DNA of 63,991 nt, counting the filler, from Acetivibrio sp. (lineage in GTDB: Bacteria; Bacillota; Clostridia; Acetivibrionales; Acetivibrionaceae), in the NCBI RefSeq assembly GCF_035371925.1. It is 14 parts of 14 records of this genome, joined end to end, with 100 filler letters (N's around TTAATTAATTAA, not from the genome) between each part and the next. Parts side by side here need not be neighbours in the genome. Positions count along the whole stretch, not along the records: positions 49,309 to 53,435 come from NZ_DAORXT010000147.1; positions 53,536 to 57,413 come from NZ_DAORXT010000148.1; positions 57,514 to 61,351 come from NZ_DAORXT010000149.1; 11 more parts are not named here. One strand, given 5' to 3'. Made by a program: the position numbers and the translations under genes. Shown in pieces: positions 49,309 to 60,277 of the stretch. Numbering within the stretch: position 1 is the stretch's first letter; each line of letters opens with the position of its first letter. The notes below the pieces were generated by a model. It was not told the DNA's origin. It worked only from the letters and a program-made list of their open reading frames with translations, and made no database searches.

Positions 49309-50135
49309 AGTTTCACTGTCAAATCGGAAGATACAGAAGTTTCACCTGCTCGCCGCAGCCTCTGTTTTACTTCATTATAAAAGTCCGCTTCTCTTAAGTA
49401 CACACTCCTATCACAAAGCTTAAATGTTGTGTTCAACTGCCGTCGAATTCCAGGGTTCGCAGCCCCGATCTGATTTCGGGCATGCTGACGGTACTTGATG
49501 AGCGGCTCAGGAAGTGCAACCACTTTTGCTATTGCAGAGATAATAATCGCTATCCAGGCGTCATGCACATGTTTCTCTGGAATAGGCAACACCATATCCT
49601 TGAACTCGCTTCTGAAGGCCATTGTACAGCCAGTAACAACGTTCCGTCTTAACAGAACATCGAAGGCTTTTCCATCGGCAAGCCTTCTCTGTTCTCGTCC
49701 GCCAAATCCTACCGATTGCCATAGGCTGTAACCCAGTGGATTTAACTGCTCGTCCACCACCTGGGCATCTGTGAAAACAGCTCCGATTTGAGAGGAACCT
49801 GAAAATACGGCTTCCAGGCGCCTTAATTTTTCGGGATACCAGACATCGTCCTGGTCGGACAGCACAATAATATCGCCCCGGCACAAACCGATTGCCTTTT
49901 CAAAATTCTTTGTTGAGCCGAGGTTTTTTTTATTGATGGTTAGGTGAACCGGAAACAATACTGTAGAGGCAAACGCTTCGATGATTTCCACTGTATGGTC
50001 GCTGGAAGCATCGTCGCAAACAACCAACTCGTCGGGCAGGCGAGTCTGGAATTCTATGCTGTCCAACTGCTCCCGTAAATATTTTTCACCATTGCAAGTA
50101 CATAGAGCAATAGATATGCGTTGCGGCTTCATCAT
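49309..50135 (-). CDS. GT2 glycosyltransferase (rhamnosyltransferase-like), 3' partial
   Basis: SIALCTCNGEKYL, VCDDASSD, LSDQDDVW, HDAWI, YRQH. Confidence 0.92.
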
Positions 50136-50372
50136 TGCACCTGTAAAGTTATTCTATTCGCAGATAAATATTGACAAATGATGCCTTTTCAAATTAAGCA
50201 CTCCAGGATGCAACAATTCTAGAAGTAAAATTTAATTATACGGCTAAGTATCGATACTAGCGGTCTGTACGTCTATTAAGCACAGATAGCATTTTATTCT
50301 AATTGCAAAACAGTCAACAGTAAAACAAAATCGGTCTTGTAACCTAGGGGGTCTACTCTGTCCATTATATTT

Positions 50373-53300
50373 TCATAAAGTTGGCCATTGCGCAGGTAAA
50401 TAGCCAATAGCTTCAGACCTTCTCCGATCCCCAATTCGATTTAATCTTTCAGAGAATGGGATTAATGTTCTATTACTAACATATCTATCATCGACTTTGA
50501 AAACCCTCATAACGTTGTCATCAACCATACTTCTAGGATCTAAGCAGAATTGGTTAAAAAAATACATAGCCACATCTTTTGAAGGAATAACCTCGCTTTT
50601 TATTAGCTCCGTGTTTAGTATCAATTTAGTTGCATCTTCAATGTATTGTTCAACACCGTTCCATATTTCATCAATGATTTTCATTTCTTCTGATGTCAGG
50701 ACATGATCATTTCGCACTGGTTGGAGTTTACCATCATCTATATTAATGAATTTTACTAATTGGCCTGTAGGTGCTGTCATAATAGCTTCTAGTATTTGAG
50801 TTTTTATAGTTGTCTCCTTGCTAATAGCCTCGCGGTTCATTTCACCAAAACATCCTTTTGCTATAATATTATTTTTATTAATATTGTCCGGAAAACAATA
50901 CATATAATAACCCAAAATTTCCGAATCAATAATTTTTTGCAGGTACTTTTGCATTGTTCCGCTATAACCAATATCAACAACAGCAAACTTTTGGCAACCC
51001 TTTTGCAAATTTACTGAATTCAAATACTTTAAATACGCATTACGTTCAACACTTGCTTTCTCAATTATCTCGTTAATATAAGGAATCATCATATTCTTTA
51101 CTTTTTCTTTTTGTTGAGGGAGACTCACCTCTTCCAAATAATTTCTATCATTTTTGTTAATTTCAATACCATACCTTGAAAACATTAAATTTGAAAAAGT
51201 AGAATTATAAGGGATGTCAAGTGATTCGTATACATCTTGAGAATTTTCTAAAGATGCCATAACCACTGCTCTACGCGAACATTCAAGATAAATAACTTCA
51301 ATAGCACCATGCTCATGACTTAGAATTAAGAACTTTTTATACATTTTTTCTAAATAAAATCCTTCGCGGCTCAAAAAGGCAATTTTATTGATGTTATTTT
51401 CCTTAATATGTTTGTGAAGCCAAAGCATAAAGGTAAATACTAATGGTCCAATCACAGCATATCCGAAATCATTTGGTTTTTTAAAAAACAAATCCCCATG
51501 GTCATGCAACGCAAACGGATCTGAAAATATTTTATACATTGATAATCCAAGAATTATCGAATCGATAGCGGAAATGCGGGGTGGAAGAGGTTCCTGCAAA
51601 TTGTTGCATAATTCTAGCATTCTCTTAGGAGACATGACATGGAATGTAGGTATTTTCCTATCTACACATAGTTGTATATCTGAGTGTTCATTATCTCCAA
51701 TATGACATTCTATCTCATTTTTGAAGTTGTCCCAATAATCACCTCTATCCTTCCTCAACCCTGTTTCAGAAGAAACCTTGATTTCGAAATTTTCTGCACT
51801 CAATAATGGCCCCATTATTTGTTTCAAATGTGATGTTGTCAAATACATATCAGAAGAAAAAATTATTCTCTTGCCTTGCTCGATAAGGTTATAAATAAGT
51901 TGCAAAATAACCTGTCTAGGTCTAACAAGAATTTTCTCCAATGATATTTCCAGATCCATTAAATATTTTACTTCTAATGTATTCAAGCCACTAACGACTG
52001 CTATCCTTGAATATATCTGATCTATGTTTACATCGTTATTTCGCTTTATTTTAGCGCGCAATATAGTTTCAGTAGTCTTTCGTAATTTGACGAAATCACC
52101 AATTTTAGCTTTAATATGTGAATCTATAACCTCCTGCATTATTTTGAATATATCATCCGGTTCCACTAAAATTCGAGTAACAACAGTGTCATAGATATCA
52201 AATGATATCGTTTTATATGGATAGGTAAATTCCACCAAGTCTTTAATTGTTTTTTTCCAATACTGACTTAGGTTTTTTGAAAATGAACCAATATTAAATA
52301 CTTCTCTTTCAACGTCTACTTCTGCAATCTCAAATCCGTTAAATTTTGTAATTTGCCCAAAACACCTTTCAATAGCATGACATATAGTACCATCGTTTGG
52401 TATAGGTTCCTGTGGAAAATCTTCTAGTTGAAAACATACATCAAACAATTGTTTTATTGCCGATTTCTTACACCAAAACATCGATCCAACGGAAAAATCA
52501 GCATATGAATGCAGATCTAAACTCATCATTAACTTCTCACTCAACAATGCTCCGCTTTGTGTATTAGAAAGCCAAGAATGTGCCCAGTATGGAATTATAT
52601 CGCTACTTTTAGGTGCAATATAACCGACATTGCTATTTTCCAACAACCACAGAATATTATCAATTACATAAGGACTCCCCAATAAACTGTCGTAGACGTG
52701 TCTTCTCCAAGCAAATTGTTCCTTACCGGAATACAAACTTTTCTTCGAATGAATATGGAGTATATATTCATTTCTATCAATCTTACCTCTCAGCGCAACC
52801 AAAAATGGACCAAAATTTCTTCCTCTGTTTTCAACAGGCAAAACTTCTATACGTTCCGCGTATATTAGTTTACTCTTTGTTTTTTTATAAATGTCAGCAA
52901 CTGTACTTCTTCTCTCGCTCGGTATTGTTATAAACAAATTGTATCTATGTTTAATATTAGTTAGATAATAAATTATTTCATCCAATAAATCCAAATAATA
53001 TAAATGTACATGTATGCCTATCTTCTTGTTTACTGTAAGATTCAGTTTCCTAAATGGAATACAGTTTTTTTCTATTCTATTTTTCTGTTTATTGTCACAA
53101 GAACTAATGAACCCTGCATGGTTGGCGTACAAAATCTTTACATACCATAAAATACCGCCCGATCTTCTCATGCGCATAACTTTATATACGGTTGGAATGA
53201 AACCTCCATTACTTCTAATTATCCTTGCCATCAATAACGGTATCATAACCGATATTCTTCCAGGACGCGGAGACTGCCTTAAACGATTAAAAACGTCATC

Positions 53301-53435
53301 GGGAGAGTCGAGAACTTTTGAGAAGAATTCCTTACCCCTTACTAGGGCCTTTATCCAGTCTCTGAGACCTTTATAAAAGAAAAAAGTCGCCGGTAGTGTC
53401 AGCATGGCTGCGATCAGTTGACTCCCAATTCCCCA
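50373..53435 (-). CDS. RgpF (rhamnan synthesis F)-like domain fused to a HAD-superfamily module, 5' partial
   Basis: IHVHLYYLDL, ENRGRNFGP, HIHSKKS, DGTICHAIER; then SFDIYDTVV, SDMYL, HIGDNEHSD, VDIGYSGTMQ. Frame is open to the contig edge. Confidence 0.85.
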   Translation of the reverse strand, partial: WGIGSQLIAAMLTLPATFFFYKGLRDWIKALVRGKEFFSKVLDSPDDVFNRLRQSPRPGRISVMIPLLMARIIRSNGGFIPTVYKVMRMRRSGGILWYVKILYANHAGFISSCDNKQKNRIEKNCIPFRKLNLTVNKKIGIHVHLYYLDLLDEIIYYLTNIKHRYNLFITIPSERRSTVADIYKKTKSKLIYAERIEVLPVENRGRNFGPFLVALRGKIDRNEYILHIHSKKSLYSGKEQFAWRRHVYDSLLGSPYVIDNILWLLENSNVGYIAPKSSDIIPYWAHSWLSNTQSGALLSEKLMMSLDLHSYADFSVGSMFWCKKSAIKQLFDVCFQLEDFPQEPIPNDGTICHAIERCFGQITKFNGFEIAEVDVEREVFNIGSFSKNLSQYWKKTIKDLVEFTYPYKTISFDIYDTVVTRILVEPDDIFKIMQEVIDSHIKAKIGDFVKLRKTTETILRAKIKRNNDVNIDQIYSRIAVVSGLNTLEVKYLMDLEISLEKILVRPRQVILQLIYNLIEQGKRIIFSSDMYLTTSHLKQIMGPLLSAENFEIKVSSETGLRKDRGDYWDNFKNEIECHIGDNEHSDIQLCVDRKIPTFHVMSPKRMLELCNNLQEPLPPRISAIDSIILGLSMYKIFSDPFALHDHGDLFFKKPNDFGYAVIGPLVFTFMLWLHKHIKENNINKIAFLSREGFYLEKMYKKFLILSHEHGAIEVIYLECSRRAVVMASLENSQDVYESLDIPYNSTFSNLMFSRYGIEINKNDRNYLEEVSLPQQKEKVKNMMIPYINEIIEKASVERNAYLKYLNSVNLQKGCQKFAVVDIGYSGTMQKYLQKIIDSEILGYYMYCFPDNINKNNIIAKGCFGEMNREAISKETTIKTQILEAIMTAPTGQLVKFINIDDGKLQPVRNDHVLTSEEMKIIDEIWNGVEQYIEDATKLILNTELIKSEVIPSKDVAMYFFNQFCLDPRSMVDDNVMRVFKVDDRYVSNRTLIPFSERLNRIGDRRRSEAIGYLPAQWPTL

Positions 53436-53548
53436 NNNNNNNNNNNNNNNNNNNNNNNNNNNNNNNNNNNNNNNNNNNNTTAATTAATTAANNNNNNNNN
53501 NNNNNNNNNNNNNNNNNNNNNNNNNNNNNNNNNNNGGAGGTTTTTACT

Positions 53549-54562
53549 ATGATTATCGTTATGAATCAGAATGCTACAAAAGAACAGATTGACAATGTGG
53601 AAAGAAAGCTCTTGGAGCTGGGTTTTAAAACTCATCCCATCGTCGGAGATGTAAAAACAGTAATCGGTGCAATTGGCGACAAAAGACTTTTAAACACCCA
53701 CTCCATATCCACCATGCCTGGAGTTGAAAGCATTGTTCCCATTATGAAGCCTTACAAGCTGGCAGGCAAAGAACTAAAGCAGGACCCTACCATTGTTGAA
53801 GTAGGCGATGTGCGAATCGGAGGCAATGAAATAGTAGTTATGGCCGGCCCTTGTGCAATTGAAAACGAAGAAATTTATGTTGAAACGGCAAAAAAAGTGA
53901 AAGCGGCAGGAGCCAAAATACTCCGCGGTGGTGCCTTCAAGCCTCGTACATCCCCTTATGCCTTTCAAGGTTTGGAAGAGGATGGCCTTAAAATAATGGC
54001 GGTTGCCCGTGAAGTAACGGGTCTAAAGCTTGTAACTGAGGTTGTGGATACAAGAGATGTGGAGCTTGTCGCTTCCTATGCAGACATCATTCAAATCGGT
54101 GCAAGAAACATGCAAAATTTTAGACTTCTCAAAGAAGTGGGAATGTATAACAAGCCCGTACTTTTAAAAAGAGGATTAGCCGCAACTATTGAAGAATGGC
54201 TAATGGCCGCCGAATACATTATTTCCGAGGGCAATCCCAACGTAATCCTTTGCGAGCGAGGCATTCGAACCTTTGAAACATCCACAAGAAATACTATTGA
54301 TATGAGCGCCATTCCTGTAATAAAAGAGCTGTCCCATCTGCCAATAGTGCTTGACCCCAGCCACGCAGCAGGTACATGGAAATATGTAGACCCCCTTGCA
54401 AAAGGTGCAATAGCAACTGGTGCCGACGGGTTAATCATTGAAGTGCACAGCCAGCCTGACTGTGCCCTCTGTGACGGTCAGCAGTCCTTGATTCCTTCAA
54501 GGTTCGAACAGCTTATGAAAGAGCTTGAGCCAGTAGCACTTGCTGTGGGAAGAAAGTTATAA
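53549..54562 (+). CDS. aroF: DAHP synthase, class I-beta with N-terminal regulatory domain
   Basis: AGPCAIE, GGAFKPRTSPY, QIGARNMQNF, LCERGIRTF, DPSH, IEVH. Confidence 0.95.
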   Translation: MIIVMNQNATKEQIDNVERKLLELGFKTHPIVGDVKTVIGAIGDKRLLNTHSISTMPGVESIVPIMKPYKLAGKELKQDPTIVEVGDVRIGGNEIVVMAGPCAIENEEIYVETAKKVKAAGAKILRGGAFKPRTSPYAFQGLEEDGLKIMAVAREVTGLKLVTEVVDTRDVELVASYADIIQIGARNMQNFRLLKEVGMYNKPVLLKRGLAATIEEWLMAAEYIISEGNPNVILCERGIRTFETSTRNTIDMSAIPVIKELSHLPIVLDPSHAAGTWKYVDPLAKGAIATGADGLIIEVHSQPDCALCDGQQSLIPSRFEQLMKELEPVALAVGRKL

Positions 54563-54586
54563 AAAACCTCAATAAAGAAAAAAATC

Positions 54587-54627
54587 AAGCTCGGTAAGGC
54601 AAAAATTTTGAGCCTTCCGAGCTTTTT
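54587..54627. terminator. Bidirectional terminator
   Basis: AAGCTCGG(T)AAGGC ... GCCTTCCGAGCTT followed by T-run. Confidence 0.7.
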
Positions 54628-55756
54628 ATTTGCTTACATAGGCATCCATATCAGTCTGTACTACCTGTCTGAGCTTTCCTATTTCATCATAGCTTATAAC
54701 AATATTTTTCCCCATTTCCTTTGCATAGTACAGTGCCCGGTCTGCATAATCAACAACCTTTTTTATATCATCAGAATGTGTAGGAAATTGGGCAACGCCG
54801 CAGCTTACAGTAACTTTGCCTTTGCTTGTGCCTTCTTCGGCAAACAGATTCTGCTTTTCAAGCAAACGCCTTATTCTGTCTCCGACACTTTTCGCCTTCT
54901 CAAGGTCAAGGTCCCTAATGATAATCATAAACTCCTCTCCCCCGTAGCGAAAAGCAAAATCCGTCTCTCTTATACTTTGCATTATTATATCTCCAAAAAG
55001 TGACAGGAGCTTGTCTCCCCAGACATGACCATAGGTGTCATTGAATTTTTTAAAATTATCAATATCAAACATCAGTATATTTAGCGGCTTTTTTGAATAC
55101 TCACAGTAAAGTGCTTCTTCCTCAAGTTTCTGTTCGAGCATATGCCTGTTGGCAAGCCCGGTAAGCTTATCCGTCCTGGCCAGCTTAAACTCCCGTTTAT
55201 GCATTTCGTCATATTTTTTGACTTTCAAGATAACTATTGACACACCGTATGACACCAGCAGAATGAAAAAGTCCCTCAAGACAAGCTTTAAAATGTTTAG
55301 CTGCTCAATATTATCCGCTTTTACCAAAAAAGATGAAACCGTGTATAATATTATACTGAAAATGCTGATATTTATGGTGCTTGAAACATCCTTACCAAAG
55401 CCGTAATATGCAATTACAAAAAACATCAATATGTATATATCCGAGTCAATACCGTTTAATATGTAGGAAAAAGTACAAATAAAAACAATATCAAAATAAA
55501 AGGCAACGCCTACAAATTTCTTTATCCAATTCTTCGATATCTTGGATAACACAAGGAAAGTCTGAAATCCGTTATATAAAATTGCCAACGCAAAGGTAAT
55601 CCAGAAACTTTTTTCTGTTCGCGGGCAATCGGAAACCAGGAAAAAAAGAGGTATAACCACCAAAAGAGCCATCCATCGAAAATACACAAAATTTTTCTGT
55701 TGACGAAAGTTTCTAACCTTCTTTTCCTTTAAAAATCCGTTTATTACATCATTCAT
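54626..55756 (-). CDS. Membrane diguanylate cyclase
   Basis: Multi-TM N-terminus, TDKLTGLANR, DIDNFKKFND, I-site RETD, active GGEEF. Confidence 0.93.
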   Translation of the reverse strand: MNDVINGFLKEKKVRNFRQQKNFVYFRWMALLVVIPLFFLVSDCPRTEKSFWITFALAILYNGFQTFLVLSKISKNWIKKFVGVAFYFDIVFICTFSYILNGIDSDIYILMFFVIAYYGFGKDVSSTINISIFSIILYTVSSFLVKADNIEQLNILKLVLRDFFILLVSYGVSIVILKVKKYDEMHKREFKLARTDKLTGLANRHMLEQKLEEEALYCEYSKKPLNILMFDIDNFKKFNDTYGHVWGDKLLSLFGDIIMQSIRETDFAFRYGGEEFMIIIRDLDLEKAKSVGDRIRRLLEKQNLFAEEGTSKGKVTVSCGVAQFPTHSDDIKKVVDYADRALYYAKEMGKNIVISYDEIGKLRQVVQTDMDAYVSK

Positions 55757-55854
55757 CGTATCTTTTTTTCCCTCAAAACGATAGAATATTTTCCCTTTAT
55801 ATACTCATATTTTATATTTGTTTTTAATTTTTGTCAATTAGTCACGAGACAAGC

Positions 55855-56745
55855 CTATACAAACTTTTGCTTGATCTTATCCCAATAAAGCATCACAGCC
55901 ATTCCTAAAAGTGTAAGGGCCGTACCTAATACAAGATTTAAATTAATTTTCTCACCGAGGAAAATAATAGCAAAAACGCTTGCCAAAACAGGCTTTAGAA
56001 AGAAAACCACAGAACCGCTGCCTGCACCTGTGCGGGTCAATCCCATAAAATAAGTAAGATAAGCAATGCCTGTAACAAAAACCGAAAGGTACACAACTTG
56101 AAGTAATGCCGAATAATCGAATTTGAAGACCGGAATATCCTTTATCAATAGAAAAGGAAGCAAAGCAATGCTGCCGATTAGAAACGAGTACGCATTCATT
56201 TTAAGGCTGCCGATTTTAGATGACGCCATTCTCCCCACAACAGTGTACAGGCCGTATAGAACTGCCGACATCAATGCAAGAACCGGGCTTAATATGTTTA
56301 TATCCCCGAGGGCCTGTCCATCGATGCTAATCGTCGTTATGCCAAGTATGCCAAAAATCATACCCACAGCTTTAAAGAAAGGTATTCTTTCCTTGTCCAT
56401 AATAGCTGCAAAGACGGATACAAATATGGGATTGCTGCTGAAAATAACCGCCACTATTGCTGCTTTGGCGTTGGGAATACTTAAACTTAGCTGAAGCAGA
56501 TTCATGCTGAATACTACGTTAAGGATACCTGCCAAAGCTACAACTGCCAAGCTTTTTGGGTCAATTCTCACATCACGCTTTATCAGCAAAAACAAAAGAA
56601 GCAAAGAACCGCCAATAAAAAATCTCAGAAAATTGATTTGAAAAGGATTTACTCTGCCCATAATTGATTTACTTACCACTTCATACGTACTAAAAAAAAT
56701 TACTGTAATCACAATAAAAAGATAACCAAAGCTGTTTTTTTTCAC
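55855..56745 (-). CDS. DMT/EamA family transporter
   Basis: About 10 TMs in two EamA halves; FLRFFIGG, KERI, FLGEKI. Confidence 0.9.
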   Translation of the reverse strand: MKKNSFGYLFIVITVIFFSTYEVVSKSIMGRVNPFQINFLRFFIGGSLLLLFLLIKRDVRIDPKSLAVVALAGILNVVFSMNLLQLSLSIPNAKAAIVAVIFSSNPIFVSVFAAIMDKERIPFFKAVGMIFGILGITTISIDGQALGDINILSPVLALMSAVLYGLYTVVGRMASSKIGSLKMNAYSFLIGSIALLPFLLIKDIPVFKFDYSALLQVVYLSVFVTGIAYLTYFMGLTRTGAGSGSVVFFLKPVLASVFAIIFLGEKINLNLVLGTALTLLGMAVMLYWDKIKQKFV

Positions 56746-56919
56746 TGTTCTCCCCCACTTTTACATCATTATGCCTGTTAAATCTCATCCGCCATCACAA
56801 TCATAGGACTTCTTTACTATTTGCCTAAGCCTAATTTAAGTCATTGTAACCATTAACACATAAAAAGCTTCAATGGTATAATTATAATATAGGATAGTGC
56901 TATAATATTTAGAAATAGG

Positions 56920-57348
56920 GTGAGTTCTATGATAGATATTTCCACTTGCGAAATATGCGGAAAACTTTATAACAATCCCCACGGCTTCTTCAGAGTATGC
57001 CCTATATGTTACGAAAGCGATGAGTATGAATTTAAAAAAATCAAGGACTATCTCAATTTGCACCCTAGTGCCAAAATCTTCGATGTAGTAACGGATCTTA
57101 ATATTTCCGTAAAACAAATCAAGCGTTACCTTCGCGAAAGCAGGCTTGAAATCCTAGAAAAGGACAATCATTTTCTGTTATGCGAAAGCTGCGGAAAAAG
57201 CATACGCACAGGCAGATACTGCGACGAATGCTATAAAAGTCATCACAGAAATATCAAAGCCGGATATTCCTCCAGCAACAGCACCAAGCATTCAAATGCA
57301 ATACGTTTTAGAAACGATGGTCACTCAAAACGTGCCTCATCTATTTAG
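56920..57348 (+). CDS. YvyF-like flagellar operon zinc-ribbon/HTH protein
   Basis: CEICG...CPIC, YLRESRLE, CESCG...CDEC. Confidence 0.8.
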   Translation: MSSMIDISTCEICGKLYNNPHGFFRVCPICYESDEYEFKKIKDYLNLHPSAKIFDVVTDLNISVKQIKRYLRESRLEILEKDNHFLLCESCGKSIRTGRYCDECYKSHHRNIKAGYSSSNSTKHSNAIRFRNDGHSKRASSI

Positions 57349-57599
57349 CGTCGCGGGTTTTATTGCACAAACAATAAAATGCCGCTAAATTTCTTTTTCG
57401 TAAAGCATTTTATNNNNNNNNNNNNNNNNNNNNNNNNNNNNNNNNNNNNNNNNNNNNTTAATTAATTAANNNNNNNNNNNNNNNNNNNNNNNNNNNNNNN
57501 NNNNNNNNNNNNNTTTCTTTTTGCCCGCCTGCTGGACGGAACGGATTTTTTCGGCGGGCGGCGGGGCCTCAATTTTAGCGGTGGGTGGGGTTAGTATAT

Positions 57600-60275
57600 C
57601 TAAATATGCAATTTTTCACCACGCTTCTTGAAAGCGTCTCTTCCTCCTTCCAATTTTAGCAACTCATCTCTGTACGCCAAATTCTCTATCGTTGTCTCTA
57701 TTATTTCTGTTATACCAGTTTCGTTTTTTAAAATAAAGATTTTTTCAGCATCGCCGTTTACCACAAAATTTGCGTTATGCGTGGCGAAAATTATTTGTCG
57801 GTTGTTTTTCTTTCGTTTGATCAATGGTACGAGATAATTAGCAATCAGTGAGCTGTCTAAATGCGCTTCTGGCTCATCAATGATAAGGGGGTAATTGCCG
57901 AACAACAGCAATACCACCATGACAGATGTGCATTTTTGGCCGAATGAGGCGTGCTCAATATCTTTCCCGTCATACAAAACTTGAATCCTCTTGTACCTTG
58001 TGACATCGTTGAGATGTTTATCTCTGATGGTAAGGAATATCTGATAGTTTGGCTTCTTGTCAAAAACATCTTTCAGGAATTTTATATAATTCAGTTTTTC
58101 CACCTTTTTTCCTTGTTTATCTAAAAACTCTTTAATTTTTTTGTGATCATCCGCAAAAGTTTCCTTATGTTCTACAATGTAACTTTTGAGTAAATCTGGC
58201 CTCTCCCCACCTCTGTGCTGTTTAGAAAAATAGGAGTAAAACTCGTCTGCAATTTGTATCCAAGCCTCTCGTTCGTCAAAAAAATAGTTTAATCCAATAC
58301 TTTTTATATCTTGATTGTTTCCTTCCGCTTGCTCCTTGAGTATATTGACAAGTGGCTTTATTCCTTCTTCAATAACGTCTTCATACTCTTTCTTAACTTT
58401 TTCTACCTCTTTCAAAACCTCATCATATTCATTTATTTCTTTTTGCTTATCCTCGATTTTTTTGTTCAGTTTAGAAAGTTCATCATCAATTTTAACGATC
58501 TTCTGAGGGGCACTTTTAACTTGCAGTATATTTTCATCAGATAAACCTGCTTTCTTAAGAAAGTCTGATAATTTCTTTTCTTGTTCTTCTATTTCCTTAG
58601 CGAGAGAGTTTTCTTTTTTAACTAGATCTTTAAAATTTGTCGGAGCTAAAATTTCCTCCGCGTTTGTTATATTTTTCTTGGCTTGCTCGTATGCCTCTTT
58701 ATACTTTTGAGCAATATCATCTCTTTCCTCACTCTCTACAGCAATTTCTTCATCTGGTTCATCATTAAAACCAACGGGGAAATGCTGTTCCTTTAATTCC
58801 TTAATAGAGTTTCTTAATTCATCAATAGTGGTTCGCCATCCTTCTAGCTTCTGCTTTTGATTGCTCTTTTTTGTGATGAGTTCGACAATCTCTGAATACT
58901 CCTTACTCTTTGTTACCTCAACCGCATTTTCTAGTGTTGCTTTTTCTTTTTCCTTTGATTTCTTTTCAGCCCGCAGCTCCTCAATTGTCTCAATGAGAGA
59001 TTGGAACGAGTTAACTCTTTTTAGAAGTTTTTCAAGTTTCTCCTCGTCTTTTTCTAAAATGCCACCGCTGCGAATATTAGCCCTTTCATAAATGGCGTTT
59101 GTAAAAGCTTCTTTATCTGTTGCAAAGCTTTCAACTTCGCTTTGACCGATAAACTCAAATAAAGACACGCCACCAAATGAAAAGACATCTAAGTCAGTAG
59201 TGTTAAAGGACGGTTGAAGTTTCTCCCAAAAGGATTGAGATGATTTTGGATCTTTTGAGTGTTGACCAAGAAAATTAAGAATCGTACTCTTTCCTGAACC
59301 CCTGCCTCCTATAAAACAGTTAAAAAATGGGCTTAAATAATACTTGCTATTTGCTCCGGCAAAGCAAAATCGCTCTTCTTTCTCAGAACCATCTTTTTGC
59401 TTTACAGTTATTTTTGCATCAGAGGAAATATTAAAAGTTATGCTTTCTATTACATTGTTAGGTTGAACAGGTTGATTTACTTGTACAGCAATCCTTGACT
59501 GCGGATCGTAAATTATTTGTTTTAATCCCTCAAATGTTGTCTCCGATTTTATCCAAGTAAATCCATTTCCAGTTTCTGACGCTTGGTGTGCATCAGATGA
59601 TTTTATTAGAGCAAAATTATCTGGATTAAAACCCCACCCGCTGATTATTTTTTTAGTTTCGGCTATATCTTCGTTCGTTTTATGATCTAGCGCAAAATAG
59701 TATTTTCCTGCAACACTTTGCTCAAAAAATTTCTTTCGATTTGCACCAGTAGTTTTCTTAAATAACCCTTTTTCTCCTTGAGAATGTGCAAAAATAGCAA
59801 GTCCTATGTCTTCTTTGCAAATTTTATCTAAAATTTCGTGGATATCTCCCCCTATTGATTCAGCTTGACCTTGAGAGTTAATTACGGGCGAAGATAATTG
59901 GCATACATGATTTAAAAAGTGAGTGATAACTTCTTCCCATGTTTGTTTTCTAATTCTAGTCTTATATACGGGGTTTAGAATAACTAAGATTTGATAGCCA
60001 GTATTAACATCAATTTCAACCCCCGGCAAAACCGTGATATCTAAATTTTCTTCGCTAATAATTTCGAGGGCACTATCAATCGCGGCCCCACAATTATGGT
60101 CAGTAATCGCAACCACTGATATTTCTTTTTCAATGGCTTTATTAAGATATTCTCTGGTCGCATTCTTTATCTCTGTTTTCTTGGATTGCACATCACAAAG
60201 CCACTCATCCTTTATTGGCTGAATTTGTAGATCCCATTTTCTCCATTCTGATCCTTTTGGAAAAATATTAGCCAT
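57600..60275 (-). CDS. PHP domain fused to SMC/ABC-type ATPase (TrlF/Ppl-like)
   Basis: GSEWRKWDL, ITDHN, SSDAH; Walker A GGRGSGKS, long coiled coil, ASFGQK, IIDEPE, ATHN. Confidence 0.88.
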   Translation of the reverse strand: MANIFPKGSEWRKWDLQIQPIKDEWLCDVQSKKTEIKNATREYLNKAIEKEISVVAITDHNCGAAIDSALEIISEENLDITVLPGVEIDVNTGYQILVILNPVYKTRIRKQTWEEVITHFLNHVCQLSSPVINSQGQAESIGGDIHEILDKICKEDIGLAIFAHSQGEKGLFKKTTGANRKKFFEQSVAGKYYFALDHKTNEDIAETKKIISGWGFNPDNFALIKSSDAHQASETGNGFTWIKSETTFEGLKQIIYDPQSRIAVQVNQPVQPNNVIESITFNISSDAKITVKQKDGSEKEERFCFAGANSKYYLSPFFNCFIGGRGSGKSTILNFLGQHSKDPKSSQSFWEKLQPSFNTTDLDVFSFGGVSLFEFIGQSEVESFATDKEAFTNAIYERANIRSGGILEKDEEKLEKLLKRVNSFQSLIETIEELRAEKKSKEKEKATLENAVEVTKSKEYSEIVELITKKSNQKQKLEGWRTTIDELRNSIKELKEQHFPVGFNDEPDEEIAVESEERDDIAQKYKEAYEQAKKNITNAEEILAPTNFKDLVKKENSLAKEIEEQEKKLSDFLKKAGLSDENILQVKSAPQKIVKIDDELSKLNKKIEDKQKEINEYDEVLKEVEKVKKEYEDVIEEGIKPLVNILKEQAEGNNQDIKSIGLNYFFDEREAWIQIADEFYSYFSKQHRGGERPDLLKSYIVEHKETFADDHKKIKEFLDKQGKKVEKLNYIKFLKDVFDKKPNYQIFLTIRDKHLNDVTRYKRIQVLYDGKDIEHASFGQKCTSVMVVLLLFGNYPLIIDEPEAHLDSSLIANYLVPLIKRKKNNRQIIFATHNANFVVNGDAEKIFILKNETGITEIIETTIENLAYRDELLKLEGGRDAFKKRGEKLHI

Positions 60276-60277
60276 AT

